A DNA stretch of 64,000 bases from Candidatus Omnitrophota bacterium (lineage in GTDB: Bacteria; Omnitrophota; Gorgyraeia; Zapsychrales; Fredricksoniimonadaceae), in NCBI GenBank assembly GCA_015233675.1, contig JADFXH010000002.1, positions 206,794 to 270,793 of the forward strand, read 5' to 3'. Shown piece by piece: positions 1 through 9,318 of the stretch. The notes below the pieces were generated by a model that saw only the letters and a list, made by a program, of their open reading frames with translations, did not search any database and had not been told where the DNA came from. The position numbers and the translations under genes were made by a program. The stretch's first letter is position 1; every line of letters starts with the position of its first letter.

Positions 1-1036
1 CATCGGGGGACAAGAGCCTGACCATTGAGCGGCGTATGACCATGCTGATGGCGTCAAATACGCCGCTTAGGGCCAAAGCTGCCAGTGAGAGCAGGAAATT
101 CTTAGAGAAACCAAATATCAGGATGCTCAGGCCAAAACCAGCAACGGTAAGAAGTAAATTCCGTCCGGCATGGGCCAAGGGGGGGTGCTTGGTGGCATAA
201 AGTGTCATGCATAAAGCTCCAACTGAGCTGGCAGCATTAAGTAGGCCCAAACCTTTTGCTCCGACGTGTAGAATGTCATTCGCATAAATAGGCAAAAGGG
301 CAATTACCCCTCCAAATAGCACAGCAATCAGATCCAGGGTCATGGCGCCCCAAAGAGGCTGATGGCTCAACACAAAACGCCACCCCATGGAAATACTTTT
401 TAATAAGGGTTCTTTGTATTCAGGCATGACTTGGGGCTTGGGGCCAATGGCACGTGTGGAAAACCAGGAAAGCATAAAAAATCCTGTAATCAAAAGATAG
501 CAGGCACAGGCGCCCCGGGCATCAAAAACAAAACCGATGATGGCGGGGCCGATAACGGAACATCCAATCCAGGTGCTGGCAATCCACGATGTGGCATTGA
601 CCGTTATTGTTTTAGGCACTACTTGGGCTTCAAAGGCGGTATTGGCAGGGTCCGCAAAGCCGCGGGCAATGCCGGCCGCGAAAATGACGGAATATAGGCC
701 GGTTAAAGAGTGCGTGTAGCTGTGCATGGATAAGGCGGCCAGGGTCAAAGTGCAGGCGCAAGACGAGGCCCTGGTTATCAAGAGAATTTTACGCCGGCTG
801 AAATGATCCGCCACATAGCCGCCTATTAAGACCAGAGAAAGGGCCGGAATGGCTTCTACAAGGCCAAGCCATCCCAGGGCCATGGCGCTATGCGTGATTT
901 TATAAATTTGAAAGCCTATAACTACGGCCAAAGCCCGGCTGCCTAAAGTGAAGAATCCGACGGAACCGATAAAGAAACGGATATCAGGATTTTTGAGAGC
1001 AGCGCTGAAGTGATGAGTTGAAATTTTACTTGGCAT
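1..1036 (-). CDS. MFS transporter (N-terminus complete; C-terminal end runs off the window)
   Basis: Absent from the ORF track, probably because it has no stop in the window. Hand translation of the minus strand from ATG (complement of 1034-1036) stays open to position 1: MPSKISTHHFSAALKNPDIRFFIGSVGFFTLGSRALAVVIGFQIYKITHSAMALGWLGLVEAIPALSLVLIGGYVADHFSRRKILL... It has multiple hydrophobic spans and is paralogous to the divergent gene at 1067. Confidence 0.75.
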   Translation of the reverse strand, partial: MPSKISTHHFSAALKNPDIRFFIGSVGFFTLGSRALAVVIGFQIYKITHSAMALGWLGLVEAIPALSLVLIGGYVADHFSRRKILLITRASSCACTLTLAALSMHSYTHSLTGLYSVIFAAGIARGFADPANTAFEAQVVPKTITVNATSWIASTWIGCSVIGPAIIGFVFDARGACACYLLITGFFMLSWFSTRAIGPKPQVMPEYKEPLLKSISMGWRFVLSHQPLWGAMTLDLIAVLFGGVIALLPIYANDILHVGAKGLGLLNAASSVGALCMTLYATKHPPLAHAGRNLLLTVAGFGLSILIFGFSKNFLLSLAALALSGVFDAISMVIRRSMVRLLSPD

Positions 1037-1066
1037 AATTGGATGATATGCTATTGTGTTTTGATT

Positions 1067-2332
1067 ATGAACATTAAAACAGTTTTTCGCGCCTTGCGCC
1101 ATAAAAATTACCGCCTTTTTTTTGCCGGGCAGAGTATTTCTCTTATCGGTACATGGATGCAGCAGATTGCGGTGGGCTGGCTGGTTTATCGTATGACTAA
1201 TTCCGCGTTTTTATTGGGGGTTGTCGGTTTTTCCAGTCAGATCGCCACCTTCCTTTTGGCCCCTTTGGCCGGTGTAATTGCTGACCGCCATCACCGTCAC
1301 CGCCTTTTACTTGTTACTCAGTCTTTGGCCATGCTTCAGGCAATGGTGCTTTATGTGCTTTATGCGGCACACTTGATCACGGTCTGGCATATTGTCCTTT
1401 TGAGTTTTTCTTTGGGGGCCGTGAATGCTTTTGATATTCCGGTACGCCAATCTTTTACCGTGGACATGATCAATGACAGGGATGACTTGAGCAATGCCAT
1501 TGCTCTGAATTCTTCCATGGTCAATGCCGCCAGGCTCATAGGCCCATCCATCGGGGGAGTTTTGATCGCCCTTTTTGGGGAGGGCACATGTTTTTTGATC
1601 AATGCGTTAAGTTATATAGCGGTGCTGTTTTCTCTTGCAATGATGAAATTGCCGCTTTGGGAGGGGATGAGCCGTCATAAGGAATCAGTCATGCTCCAGC
1701 TAAAAGAAGGGCTATCTTACGCGTTAAATTTTATGCCTATCCGTACCATATTAATGCTTCTGTCGGTAATCAGCTTGGTTTCCGGCGGCATCCAGGCCTT
1801 GATGCCGGTTTTTGCCAGAGATATTTTTCACGGCGGATCAAAGACACTGGGATTATTGATGGCCGCTTCCGGGTTGGGGGCATTGATAGGCGCCATTTAT
1901 TTAGCCGGGCGCCGCAATGTTTTGGGGTTAAGCAAGATCATTGCCGCTACAGCCGCGTTGTTTGGCGCAGGGGTCATTATTTTTTCCCGCACATCCCTTT
2001 TGATGATCGGCATGCCTGTCCTTTTATTTTCCGGATTTGGAATGATGGTGCAAATGGCTTCCAGCAATATCATCTTACAGACCATCGTTGATGAGGACAA
2101 GCGCGGCAGGGTGATGAGTTTTTATACCATGGCTTTTATGGGGCTTTCACCCTTTGGTAGTTTATTGTCAGGGAGCCTGGCCGAAAGAATCGGTGCGGGG
2201 CACGCCTTGTTATGGGGAGGATTTCTTTGCATTATAGCAGCGATATTTTTTGCTTTGCAATTGCCTCGGCTTAGAATATTTGTTAGAGCCGTGTATGTCC
2301 AAAAGGGTATTATTGTTGAGCCGGTGCATTAA
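1067..2332 (+). CDS. MFS transporter (EntS/DUF894-like)
   Basis: ORF 1043..2332. MNIKTVFRALRHKNYRLFFAGQSISLIGTWMQQIAVGWLVY..., about 12 hydrophobic spans, GVIADRHHRHRLLL loop typical of MFS. ATG at 1067 preferred over 1043. Confidence 0.8.
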   Translation: MNIKTVFRALRHKNYRLFFAGQSISLIGTWMQQIAVGWLVYRMTNSAFLLGVVGFSSQIATFLLAPLAGVIADRHHRHRLLLVTQSLAMLQAMVLYVLYAAHLITVWHIVLLSFSLGAVNAFDIPVRQSFTVDMINDRDDLSNAIALNSSMVNAARLIGPSIGGVLIALFGEGTCFLINALSYIAVLFSLAMMKLPLWEGMSRHKESVMLQLKEGLSYALNFMPIRTILMLLSVISLVSGGIQALMPVFARDIFHGGSKTLGLLMAASGLGALIGAIYLAGRRNVLGLSKIIAATAALFGAGVIIFSRTSLLMIGMPVLLFSGFGMMVQMASSNIILQTIVDEDKRGRVMSFYTMAFMGLSPFGSLLSGSLAERIGAGHALLWGGFLCIIAAIFFALQLPRLRIFVRAVYVQKGIIVEPVH

Positions 2333-2452
2333 TCATGCAGGCGGATGTATACTGAAACTCGTCGGAAAACGTTTTCCCAAATAGACATTCCCCCCTTGTT
2401 TTTCTATATTAAATATGTCATACTTTTTTAAGAAGGTGGAAATGAGGAGAAC

Positions 2453-5400
2453 ATGAGCCCCTGTGCCCCGAATATCAATAAAATTCTAATCAAACAATTA
2501 CGGCAAGCTGTTTCTATATTCATTTTGACAGCTTTTATTGCCACTTCGGTCAAAAGTCCAGCCTTTGCCCAATCGGCTGGAGGGGACATGATGCCGCGTC
2601 TGCCGGTGCCTGGGGTTATGGTGCATTTAAGCCCTGAATTTACCCCTGCTTATTTGCAAGGCATAACCATTCATCCGGACAATGCCCTGCAGTTTGATTT
2701 TCTGATCCATAAAGGCGACCAAAATTTAGAAGGTGATCAAAAACAAGAAGAATATAAGAAATTGGTTAAATATTTCCTGGCCTCTTTGACTATTCCCGAT
2801 GAGGACCAGTGGGTCAACCTGTCTCCCTATGAAAAAGATCGTATTATTAAAGATAGTTTCGGAAAAACTGAAATGGGCCGTGACCTTTTGGCTGAAGATT
2901 ATCTGCTCAAACAGATCACCTCAAGCCTGATTTATCCTGAAGATGGCCTGGGGAAGAAATTTTGGGGCAAGATCTATGAGCGCGCCTGGAAAGAATATCA
3001 TACGACGCAGATTCCGGTAAATACTTTTAATAAAGTATGGATTGTGCCCAATCAGGCTTTTGTTTATGAAAGCGGCAACACCGCCTATATTTTTAAAAGC
3101 CATTTAAAAGTGATGTTAGAAGAAGATTATCTGTCATTGTTTAAACACCAAGGTCAATCGGGGCCCACGCCAACCAGGGGACATGTCCCCCAAGGGGACG
3201 TGTCCCCAAGCAGGCTGCCAACCAATAAAAGGCTGCAACTGAAAGCACCCCAGGAGCAACCCGTACACGCCTTAGCCAGTCAGATCATCAAAGAAATCAT
3301 TCTTCCCGAATTAGAAAAGGAAGTCAATGAGGGCAAGAATTTCGCGAACTTGCGGCAAATTTACAGCGGCATGATACTTGCGACCTGGTATAAAAAAGCT
3401 TTAAAGGAATCCTTATTAGGAAAGGTTTATGCAGATAAAGCGAGGCTCAAAGGAGTTGACCAGGACCCTAAAACCAATGAAGAGATTTATCAGCGATATT
3501 TGAAGGCATTTCAAAAGGGGGTGTTTAATTACATTAAGGAAGATGTGGACAAATACACTAATGAAGCTATCCCCAGAAAATACTTTTCTGGTGGTTTCAG
3601 CCGAATCGACAGGGCTATGGTAGGAAGAAGCGACGGCGATGTTGCGATTATCCGCCCGGGCGGTCCCTTCCCCGTAGGGGTAGATATCTCGGGCCTTGCT
3701 TCTGATAAAACTATAGAGGAAGCTACAGTTGCATTTAATCCAGAGGGGGAGGAGGTTAAGTATAATCCTGCTTCGGGGGGAGGCATGGCCATGGCGACAA
3801 AGCAACCATGGACCGTTGATAATTTAACAGAGTTTTTTAATGGAAAAAGAATTTTGATTATATCTGATAATAAATTTTTAGTTAGATTGGTCCAAGTGAA
3901 TAAAATATTGAAAGGAGTTGATGATATCCAAATAGCCGAAGAATTCTTAAAGGAAGGGGATATGAAATTTGACGCGGTTATTTATGATATTAACATGTTT
4001 ACGAATCCAAAGAATTTAGCCGGTTTAATAAATACTCGTTTAGATTTATCTAAAATGCCGATGGTGTTTTTGATGGGCAATTCTGAACAGTATGATAAAT
4101 TTTTAGCTGTGTTTAAAAATGAAGCTTTCTTGGGGCTCTTAATGAAGCCTTTTGACCCGCTTACTATGTTTTCTACGTTAGCTGATAAATTGGAGGCGCA
4201 GCAAATCTCATCAAATAAGGCAATGGCGGATTCTGACCAAGCCATGCGGTCTGGCAGGGAAGAAAGAATGGCACGACGGATCATGCGGGAGCAAATAACC
4301 GAAGGCATGGAAATTCTTCAAAAGCCATTCTTAACAAAAAGGGACTTTAAGAATTTATGGGATATATTAAATTACATAATGCCTTATCATCCGGACCGTA
4401 TAATGAGAGTTCCTTTTCGAGAGTTTAGGGATGCTTATTTATGGGGATTGTCCAGATACGCAAAGGACGCTATGAGCGCGGGTAATGATGAGCCGGCGAA
4501 AGATGCAATTATTGAAATGATAAAGTATCCATATGGCAAAACAAGTGAAACAAAGAAAATTTTGGGATCTCTAATAAATTCTTTTTTAAGACTAAAATCT
4601 GTCGCTGTTGGGGATGCCATCGAGAATGCGGGTGAGCTAAAGGATTTTGGGCCGGTAAGGGATGAATTAAATAGGATTCACAATGATCTTAATGGCCTTA
4701 CAAAACACAGGATTTTTGTAAATATCCAAAATGCGTATTTAAGAAGATTAGATGATATTGCAGTTGAAGCCATGAAAAATCGTGATTTTGAGAAAGCAGA
4801 AAAGGTGTTAAATGAAATGCTTTCTTATCCAAAAGGCAAGATAAGAAATAGCGTTTTTTCAGAACTAAGAAATTCCTATATAGACGGATTATTACAGGAA
4901 GCGGAGGAGATCCTCATTAAAGTTGAAAAGATCATCAGGAATAATGGGGCGATCCAAAAAGGGGATCTTGATCTGATCGTTGCGATAATAGAGTCGATTA
5001 ACCAGACGTATAAATATGGCAATGCTAAAAGAACGAGGGAAGCTGTGACGTATCTCAATGATTATTATTTTGATTTAACAGGGTCATATGCCGTTGGCCA
5101 AAAGAGGGGACAATATAGGGGAAAGATACCCCTGACGATTGCTCAGTTAAGAGAATTTTATGAAGCGATGAGAAAATATGTTCTTGATGCCGTAGATCAG
5201 TTTTTAGGGCCCGAGTATGATGAGGAGGACGGGGTCTATGATGAAGTTTATGAAAGGGATAGCAGGGCCAGATATCAAGACGAGCGATTAACAGAAAACA
5301 GGGTTAGAGAATTTTCTCAAGCCATTGCAAAAGAGGATATTTCAGAGAAAGATTTTATTAATACCGGATTGATGGCAGATGACTTAGAGGACAAAATTAA

Positions 5401-6754
5401 AAATGAAAATTCTGACGCTTTGTTTTATAGTTCGATTATTCTAGGGGTAAATATTGATGCGGCTAAAGAAGCTAGAAAAAGTGCTAGGACAGAAGCCTTT
5501 AGACGCTTATCTAGAAAATGGCATCCTGATGTAAATCGATCTTCTGAAGACAGGGAGGCAGCTGCTCATAAAGTTTTCAAGATGATCAGTAATGCAAATG
5601 ATATTTTAGCATACGATAACGCCATGGTTGGGGTGGGTAAGGACGCGGCTATGTCGGCAACGCCGGAAGATTGGGACAGAAAATTATCTTGGGTGAGCCT
5701 GGAAGCGGGTTATCCTAACAATGAAGAAGCGCTTAAGAAATTGCAAGAGGCAGAAAGAGCCTATTCGAACAAAGAGTTAAGTTACGATGTTTATAGGAAC
5801 TTTAGAAAAGCTTATTGGAATGGGAGATTATCCAGGATGAGAGAAATTGCCGGAGAAGAGTCAAATGAAGAAGCGCTGAAAATATTAGCAGAGGCAAAAG
5901 TAAATTTAAAAAACAATAATGATCAACTTGATTTACAGGATAAACTGGATAATAAGTATTATACGAGTGAGATCCTTACTGCATATGGGCTAGGCAGATC
6001 ATTTAGGATGAGCATAATAGTAGAAGAAATAAAAGCAGGTAAGAACGTGGATAAGAACAAGAAAGAGATGAAGAAGATAAGGAGCGACGCAGAAATAAAT
6101 TTGAAGCAAACTGATTGGTATTCGATGATTGATGATTATTGTCAAATTGTTTTTGGAAAAAAGCCAAGTAAGGTTGAAGCGCTTAAGAATGACTGGAGGG
6201 ATGATTTTTATCCAGCAATGTGGGATGAAAAACGTAAGGTTTTAGATCAATTATTAGTTGTTTATCTTTATCCGGCAATGAGAGACGGAAATATCCCTGC
6301 AGTAAGACTAATATTGTTTTTTGCCCAACGGAAAAAGCTCCTAAAACGAGAGGAAATCGAAGATGTGATGAATAGAGCATATTATGCCTTGGATAGAGAA
6401 AATCTTCTGACCTTAAATCCGTCGGTAGCAGATAATATCAGGAAGAATATATCAACGGTATATATAGCATTGACGGGAAAAAGACCTGGTGACAAAGCTA
6501 TGGTAACTGCGGCATCGCCGATTGCGGACAAGGCTTCTTTAGCGGCAAAGGGCGGTATTGATTTAAACTCCGCTAATTTGCATTTGCAAATTAAACGCGA
6601 CGGACGCGGGGTACCCCTGCCTTTGGCCCAGCAGGACATGGGACGGCTGATGCAAATACAGGGTTTTGTGCCTGAAATTATCGAAATCAAACCAGCCGTT
6701 AACCTGCCGATTTTAAGCGAACTACAGCAGAAGCTGCAGTCTTCATCTGTATAA
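2453..6754 (+). CDS. Giant exported mosaic protein (N-terminal conserved domain, degenerate receiver-like domain, helical repeats, J-domain, conserved C-terminal block)
   Basis: 1433-aa uninterrupted ORF. Signal-like N-terminus ending AFA-QS. Receiver-like ILIISDN..FDAVIYDINMF..LLMKPFDP. J-domain FRRLSRKWHPDVN..KVFKMISNANDILAY. C-terminal KGGIDLNSANLHLQIKRDGRGVPLPL. Confidence 0.85.
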   Translation: MSPCAPNINKILIKQLRQAVSIFILTAFIATSVKSPAFAQSAGGDMMPRLPVPGVMVHLSPEFTPAYLQGITIHPDNALQFDFLIHKGDQNLEGDQKQEEYKKLVKYFLASLTIPDEDQWVNLSPYEKDRIIKDSFGKTEMGRDLLAEDYLLKQITSSLIYPEDGLGKKFWGKIYERAWKEYHTTQIPVNTFNKVWIVPNQAFVYESGNTAYIFKSHLKVMLEEDYLSLFKHQGQSGPTPTRGHVPQGDVSPSRLPTNKRLQLKAPQEQPVHALASQIIKEIILPELEKEVNEGKNFANLRQIYSGMILATWYKKALKESLLGKVYADKARLKGVDQDPKTNEEIYQRYLKAFQKGVFNYIKEDVDKYTNEAIPRKYFSGGFSRIDRAMVGRSDGDVAIIRPGGPFPVGVDISGLASDKTIEEATVAFNPEGEEVKYNPASGGGMAMATKQPWTVDNLTEFFNGKRILIISDNKFLVRLVQVNKILKGVDDIQIAEEFLKEGDMKFDAVIYDINMFTNPKNLAGLINTRLDLSKMPMVFLMGNSEQYDKFLAVFKNEAFLGLLMKPFDPLTMFSTLADKLEAQQISSNKAMADSDQAMRSGREERMARRIMREQITEGMEILQKPFLTKRDFKNLWDILNYIMPYHPDRIMRVPFREFRDAYLWGLSRYAKDAMSAGNDEPAKDAIIEMIKYPYGKTSETKKILGSLINSFLRLKSVAVGDAIENAGELKDFGPVRDELNRIHNDLNGLTKHRIFVNIQNAYLRRLDDIAVEAMKNRDFEKAEKVLNEMLSYPKGKIRNSVFSELRNSYIDGLLQEAEEILIKVEKIIRNNGAIQKGDLDLIVAIIESINQTYKYGNAKRTREAVTYLNDYYFDLTGSYAVGQKRGQYRGKIPLTIAQLREFYEAMRKYVLDAVDQFLGPEYDEEDGVYDEVYERDSRARYQDERLTENRVREFSQAIAKEDISEKDFINTGLMADDLEDKIKNENSDALFYSSIILGVNIDAAKEARKSARTEAFRRLSRKWHPDVNRSSEDREAAAHKVFKMISNANDILAYDNAMVGVGKDAAMSATPEDWDRKLSWVSLEAGYPNNEEALKKLQEAERAYSNKELSYDVYRNFRKAYWNGRLSRMREIAGEESNEEALKILAEAKVNLKNNNDQLDLQDKLDNKYYTSEILTAYGLGRSFRMSIIVEEIKAGKNVDKNKKEMKKIRSDAEINLKQTDWYSMIDDYCQIVFGKKPSKVEALKNDWRDDFYPAMWDEKRKVLDQLLVVYLYPAMRDGNIPAVRLILFFAQRKKLLKREEIEDVMNRAYYALDRENLLTLNPSVADNIRKNISTVYIALTGKRPGDKAMVTAASPIADKASLAAKGGIDLNSANLHLQIKRDGRGVPLPLAQQDMGRLMQIQGFVPEIIEIKPAVNLPILSELQQKLQSSSV

Positions 6755-6842
6755 ATTTATTCACACCCCCACTTCACCGTTATATTAAAAATTATAAGCA
6801 AACATTGTTTGGGCACAGGGGTGTTTGTGATAAAATATTTTT

Positions 6843-8231
6843 ATGAAACTTAAATTTGTCCTTATTATGGGTTTGATAGTTATGCCCTGCATCGCATTAG
6901 CTCAGGAGCGGGCTAATTATGAAGCTCCCTCTCTTATAGGGCACTCCCTGCGCATGATGAAAACTGCTGGTTATTGGATTGGCCGCCATCCGTCACCGGA
7001 CGCTGTTATCATGAGCCCCGAGCAGATTGACCAATTTAATGCACGGCTTCGCAGTGGCACAAATCTTATGGCAAACGAAGCAAATGGGCCTATTGAGAAA
7101 AAATTAACTAAGGATATTTTTACTCTCATTCAAGATTTAAAGACGGAGTCACTTTTGGAAGATATTGAGAAAACTTTGTCTGGAATTATGTCAAAAGGTT
7201 ATTACACCGCCGCCGGTGTCAGGGATGATGTGGATTTTATGGATAATATTAAACGCAATATGAATTTAAGCGGTGTGGTCATCGGGGTGGCTCCCCGCTA
7301 TGGCTTGGTTGTGCATTATGCCTCCCAGCGCTTTTTACCGACTAAGCAAGGGTTGTATGAAGAAAAAGATGAATTTGATTTTGACCAGCTGCAAAACAGC
7401 GCGCTTGATGTGGGAACCCCCGTGGCTGTTGTTCATAGCTCCGCTGACGGGCTTTGGTATTATGTGCTGACGTCAATCAGCGACGGTTGGGTTGAGGCCC
7501 GTGATATAGCTTTGGGAGATGTCAACCAAGTCAGGGAATTTGCCGGAGACAAAGATTTTGCGGTTATTATCAAGCCAAAGGCAGATATTTTCCTTAATGA
7601 ATCCATGACGAATTATTATGATTATGTGCGTATGGGTGTGCATTTACCCTTGTCGAGCGTTGACTCGGGCCGTGTGACGGTCAATGTCCCGGTGATGGCC
7701 GCTGACGGAACCTTGTTGGTCAAAGAAGCGTATATGAACGCGGAAGATGTAAATCCCGGTTTTCTGCCTATGACCGCGCGGAATATCTATAAACAGGCCT
7801 TGATGATGCTCAATCAGCCTTACGGTTGGGGAGATATGTACGGTGAACAGGATTGCTCCAGATTTTTGCAGATGGTTTTTGCCACAATGGGTATTGCCTT
7901 ACCGCGTGACTCTAAGGACCAGATGCAAGTCAGTAGTCGTGTCGTCGATTTTGATGAAAAAAGCAATGATCGTAAGAAAATTACGGCTATTACCAAAGCT
8001 CCTGCCGGCAACACCCTTCTGGCCATGAAGGGGCATATCATGCTTTATTTAGGTACGGTTGATGGAAAGCCCTACGTCATTCACGACACTACCGGATATA
8101 AACAAGCCGTGGATCAAAAGGAAGTAAATTTCGTCATTGACAGGGTGATCATTTCAGATCTGTCCTTAGGACAGGGGACCCAAAAAGGGTCTTTGTTAAG
8201 ACGCCTCTTAAGGACAGTGACTATTGAATAG
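6843..8231 (+). CDS. NlpC/P60 (C40) cell-wall peptidase with N-terminal SH3b-like region, YkfC-like
   Basis: Signal peptide (LIVMPCIALAQE). Catalytic Cys context NQPYGWGDMYGEQDCSRFLQMVFATMGIALPRDSKDQ and downstream GHIMLYLG histidine. Confidence 0.8.
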   Translation: MKLKFVLIMGLIVMPCIALAQERANYEAPSLIGHSLRMMKTAGYWIGRHPSPDAVIMSPEQIDQFNARLRSGTNLMANEANGPIEKKLTKDIFTLIQDLKTESLLEDIEKTLSGIMSKGYYTAAGVRDDVDFMDNIKRNMNLSGVVIGVAPRYGLVVHYASQRFLPTKQGLYEEKDEFDFDQLQNSALDVGTPVAVVHSSADGLWYYVLTSISDGWVEARDIALGDVNQVREFAGDKDFAVIIKPKADIFLNESMTNYYDYVRMGVHLPLSSVDSGRVTVNVPVMAADGTLLVKEAYMNAEDVNPGFLPMTARNIYKQALMMLNQPYGWGDMYGEQDCSRFLQMVFATMGIALPRDSKDQMQVSSRVVDFDEKSNDRKKITAITKAPAGNTLLAMKGHIMLYLGTVDGKPYVIHDTTGYKQAVDQKEVNFVIDRVIISDLSLGQGTQKGSLLRRLLRTVTIE

Positions 8232-9312
8232 ACAATCGCTCATCGTTAAAACTTCCGTAAAGTTTTTTCAGGCCCCTTTGTTCCAGCCTTTTCGTGTCGC
8301 TTGCGGGCAGCACGATCGTTTGGAAAACATTTTGTTTGCTATAGAGTTGCAAGACGGCACCAAAGGCTATGGCGAGGCAGCGGTAGCCACTCATATTACC
8401 GCAGAAACCCTTGAGCAGACCTTAAAGAATCTGAAAAGTACGGCTCTTTGGCTAAAGGGAAGATCTATCGGGGATTATTTAAATATTTCGGCCCATCTGC
8501 ATGAGCGGCTGGTGGCTAATCAAAGTGCTTTGGCTGCAGTAGAGATGGCTGTTTTTGATGCGCTGACGCGGCATTTGGGCGTCCCTTTATGGCGCCTGTG
8601 GGCATCTAAGCCTAAACGTTTGCGTACGGATGTCACTATCGTCATCGCTGATATACGGGAGACTACAGCTAATGCTAAGGCATTTTATCAAGATGGTTTT
8701 CGCGCTTTTAAAATCAAGATAGGCCGCGACATGGACATGGATTTTAAGCGGGTCACAACGGTTTGCCGCCTAGCTCCTCGTTCGCAAATAATTCTTGATG
8801 CTAATCAAGGATATTCGGCCCGTCAAACCCTGCAATTTTTAAAATCGTTACGCAATGTCGGGATTGTTCCGGATTTAATCGAACAGCCCGTGCCTAAGGC
8901 GGATTGGGAAGCCTTAAAACAAGTGACGCGTGAGTCCAAGGTTTGCGTATGCGCGGATGAAAGCGCTTCGTCGTTAAAAGACGCTCTTCGTATCATCAAA
9001 GAAAAAGCAGCGGGTGCTATTAATGTTAAAATTATGAAAACCGGATTAGTGCATGCGTTTGAAATCAGCCGTCTGGCTCATGCCGCAGGCATTAAACTGA
9101 TGATCGGCGGGATGATGGAATCCAATTTAGCCATGACTGCCTCAGCACATTTAGCCGCAGGTTTGGGCTATTTTGATTTTATCGATCTCGATACGCCGTT
9201 TTTTATCAAGGGCGAGAGCGCTCGCAACCCGTTTTTGTCATCTGATGGGGTCTATGATTTAAGCAAGGTTAAGAGCGGTATCGGAATAATCCCATCTCGC
9301 GTATTTGAATAA
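8224..9312 (+). CDS. Dipeptide (L-Ala-D/L-Glu) epimerase, enolase superfamily (YkfB/YcjG-like)
   Basis: MR/MLE-type motifs FKIKIG, ILDANQGY, LIEQP, CADES, NVKIMKTG. TTG start overlaps the upstream peptidase stop by 8 nt. Confidence 0.8.
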   Translation: MNRQSLIVKTSVKFFQAPLFQPFRVACGQHDRLENILFAIELQDGTKGYGEAAVATHITAETLEQTLKNLKSTALWLKGRSIGDYLNISAHLHERLVANQSALAAVEMAVFDALTRHLGVPLWRLWASKPKRLRTDVTIVIADIRETTANAKAFYQDGFRAFKIKIGRDMDMDFKRVTTVCRLAPRSQIILDANQGYSARQTLQFLKSLRNVGIVPDLIEQPVPKADWEALKQVTRESKVCVCADESASSLKDALRIIKEKAAGAINVKIMKTGLVHAFEISRLAHAAGIKLMIGGMMESNLAMTASAHLAAGLGYFDFIDLDTPFFIKGESARNPFLSSDGVYDLSKVKSGIGIIPSRVFE

Positions 9313-9318
9313 GCGCAA

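Noticed and set aside
431-719. Two plus-strand ORFs (88 and 60 aa) at the left edge
   Set aside because: They lie antisense within the uninterrupted minus-strand MFS transporter frame. Their G/A/P-rich low-complexity translations are typical of antisense reading of a membrane-protein gene.
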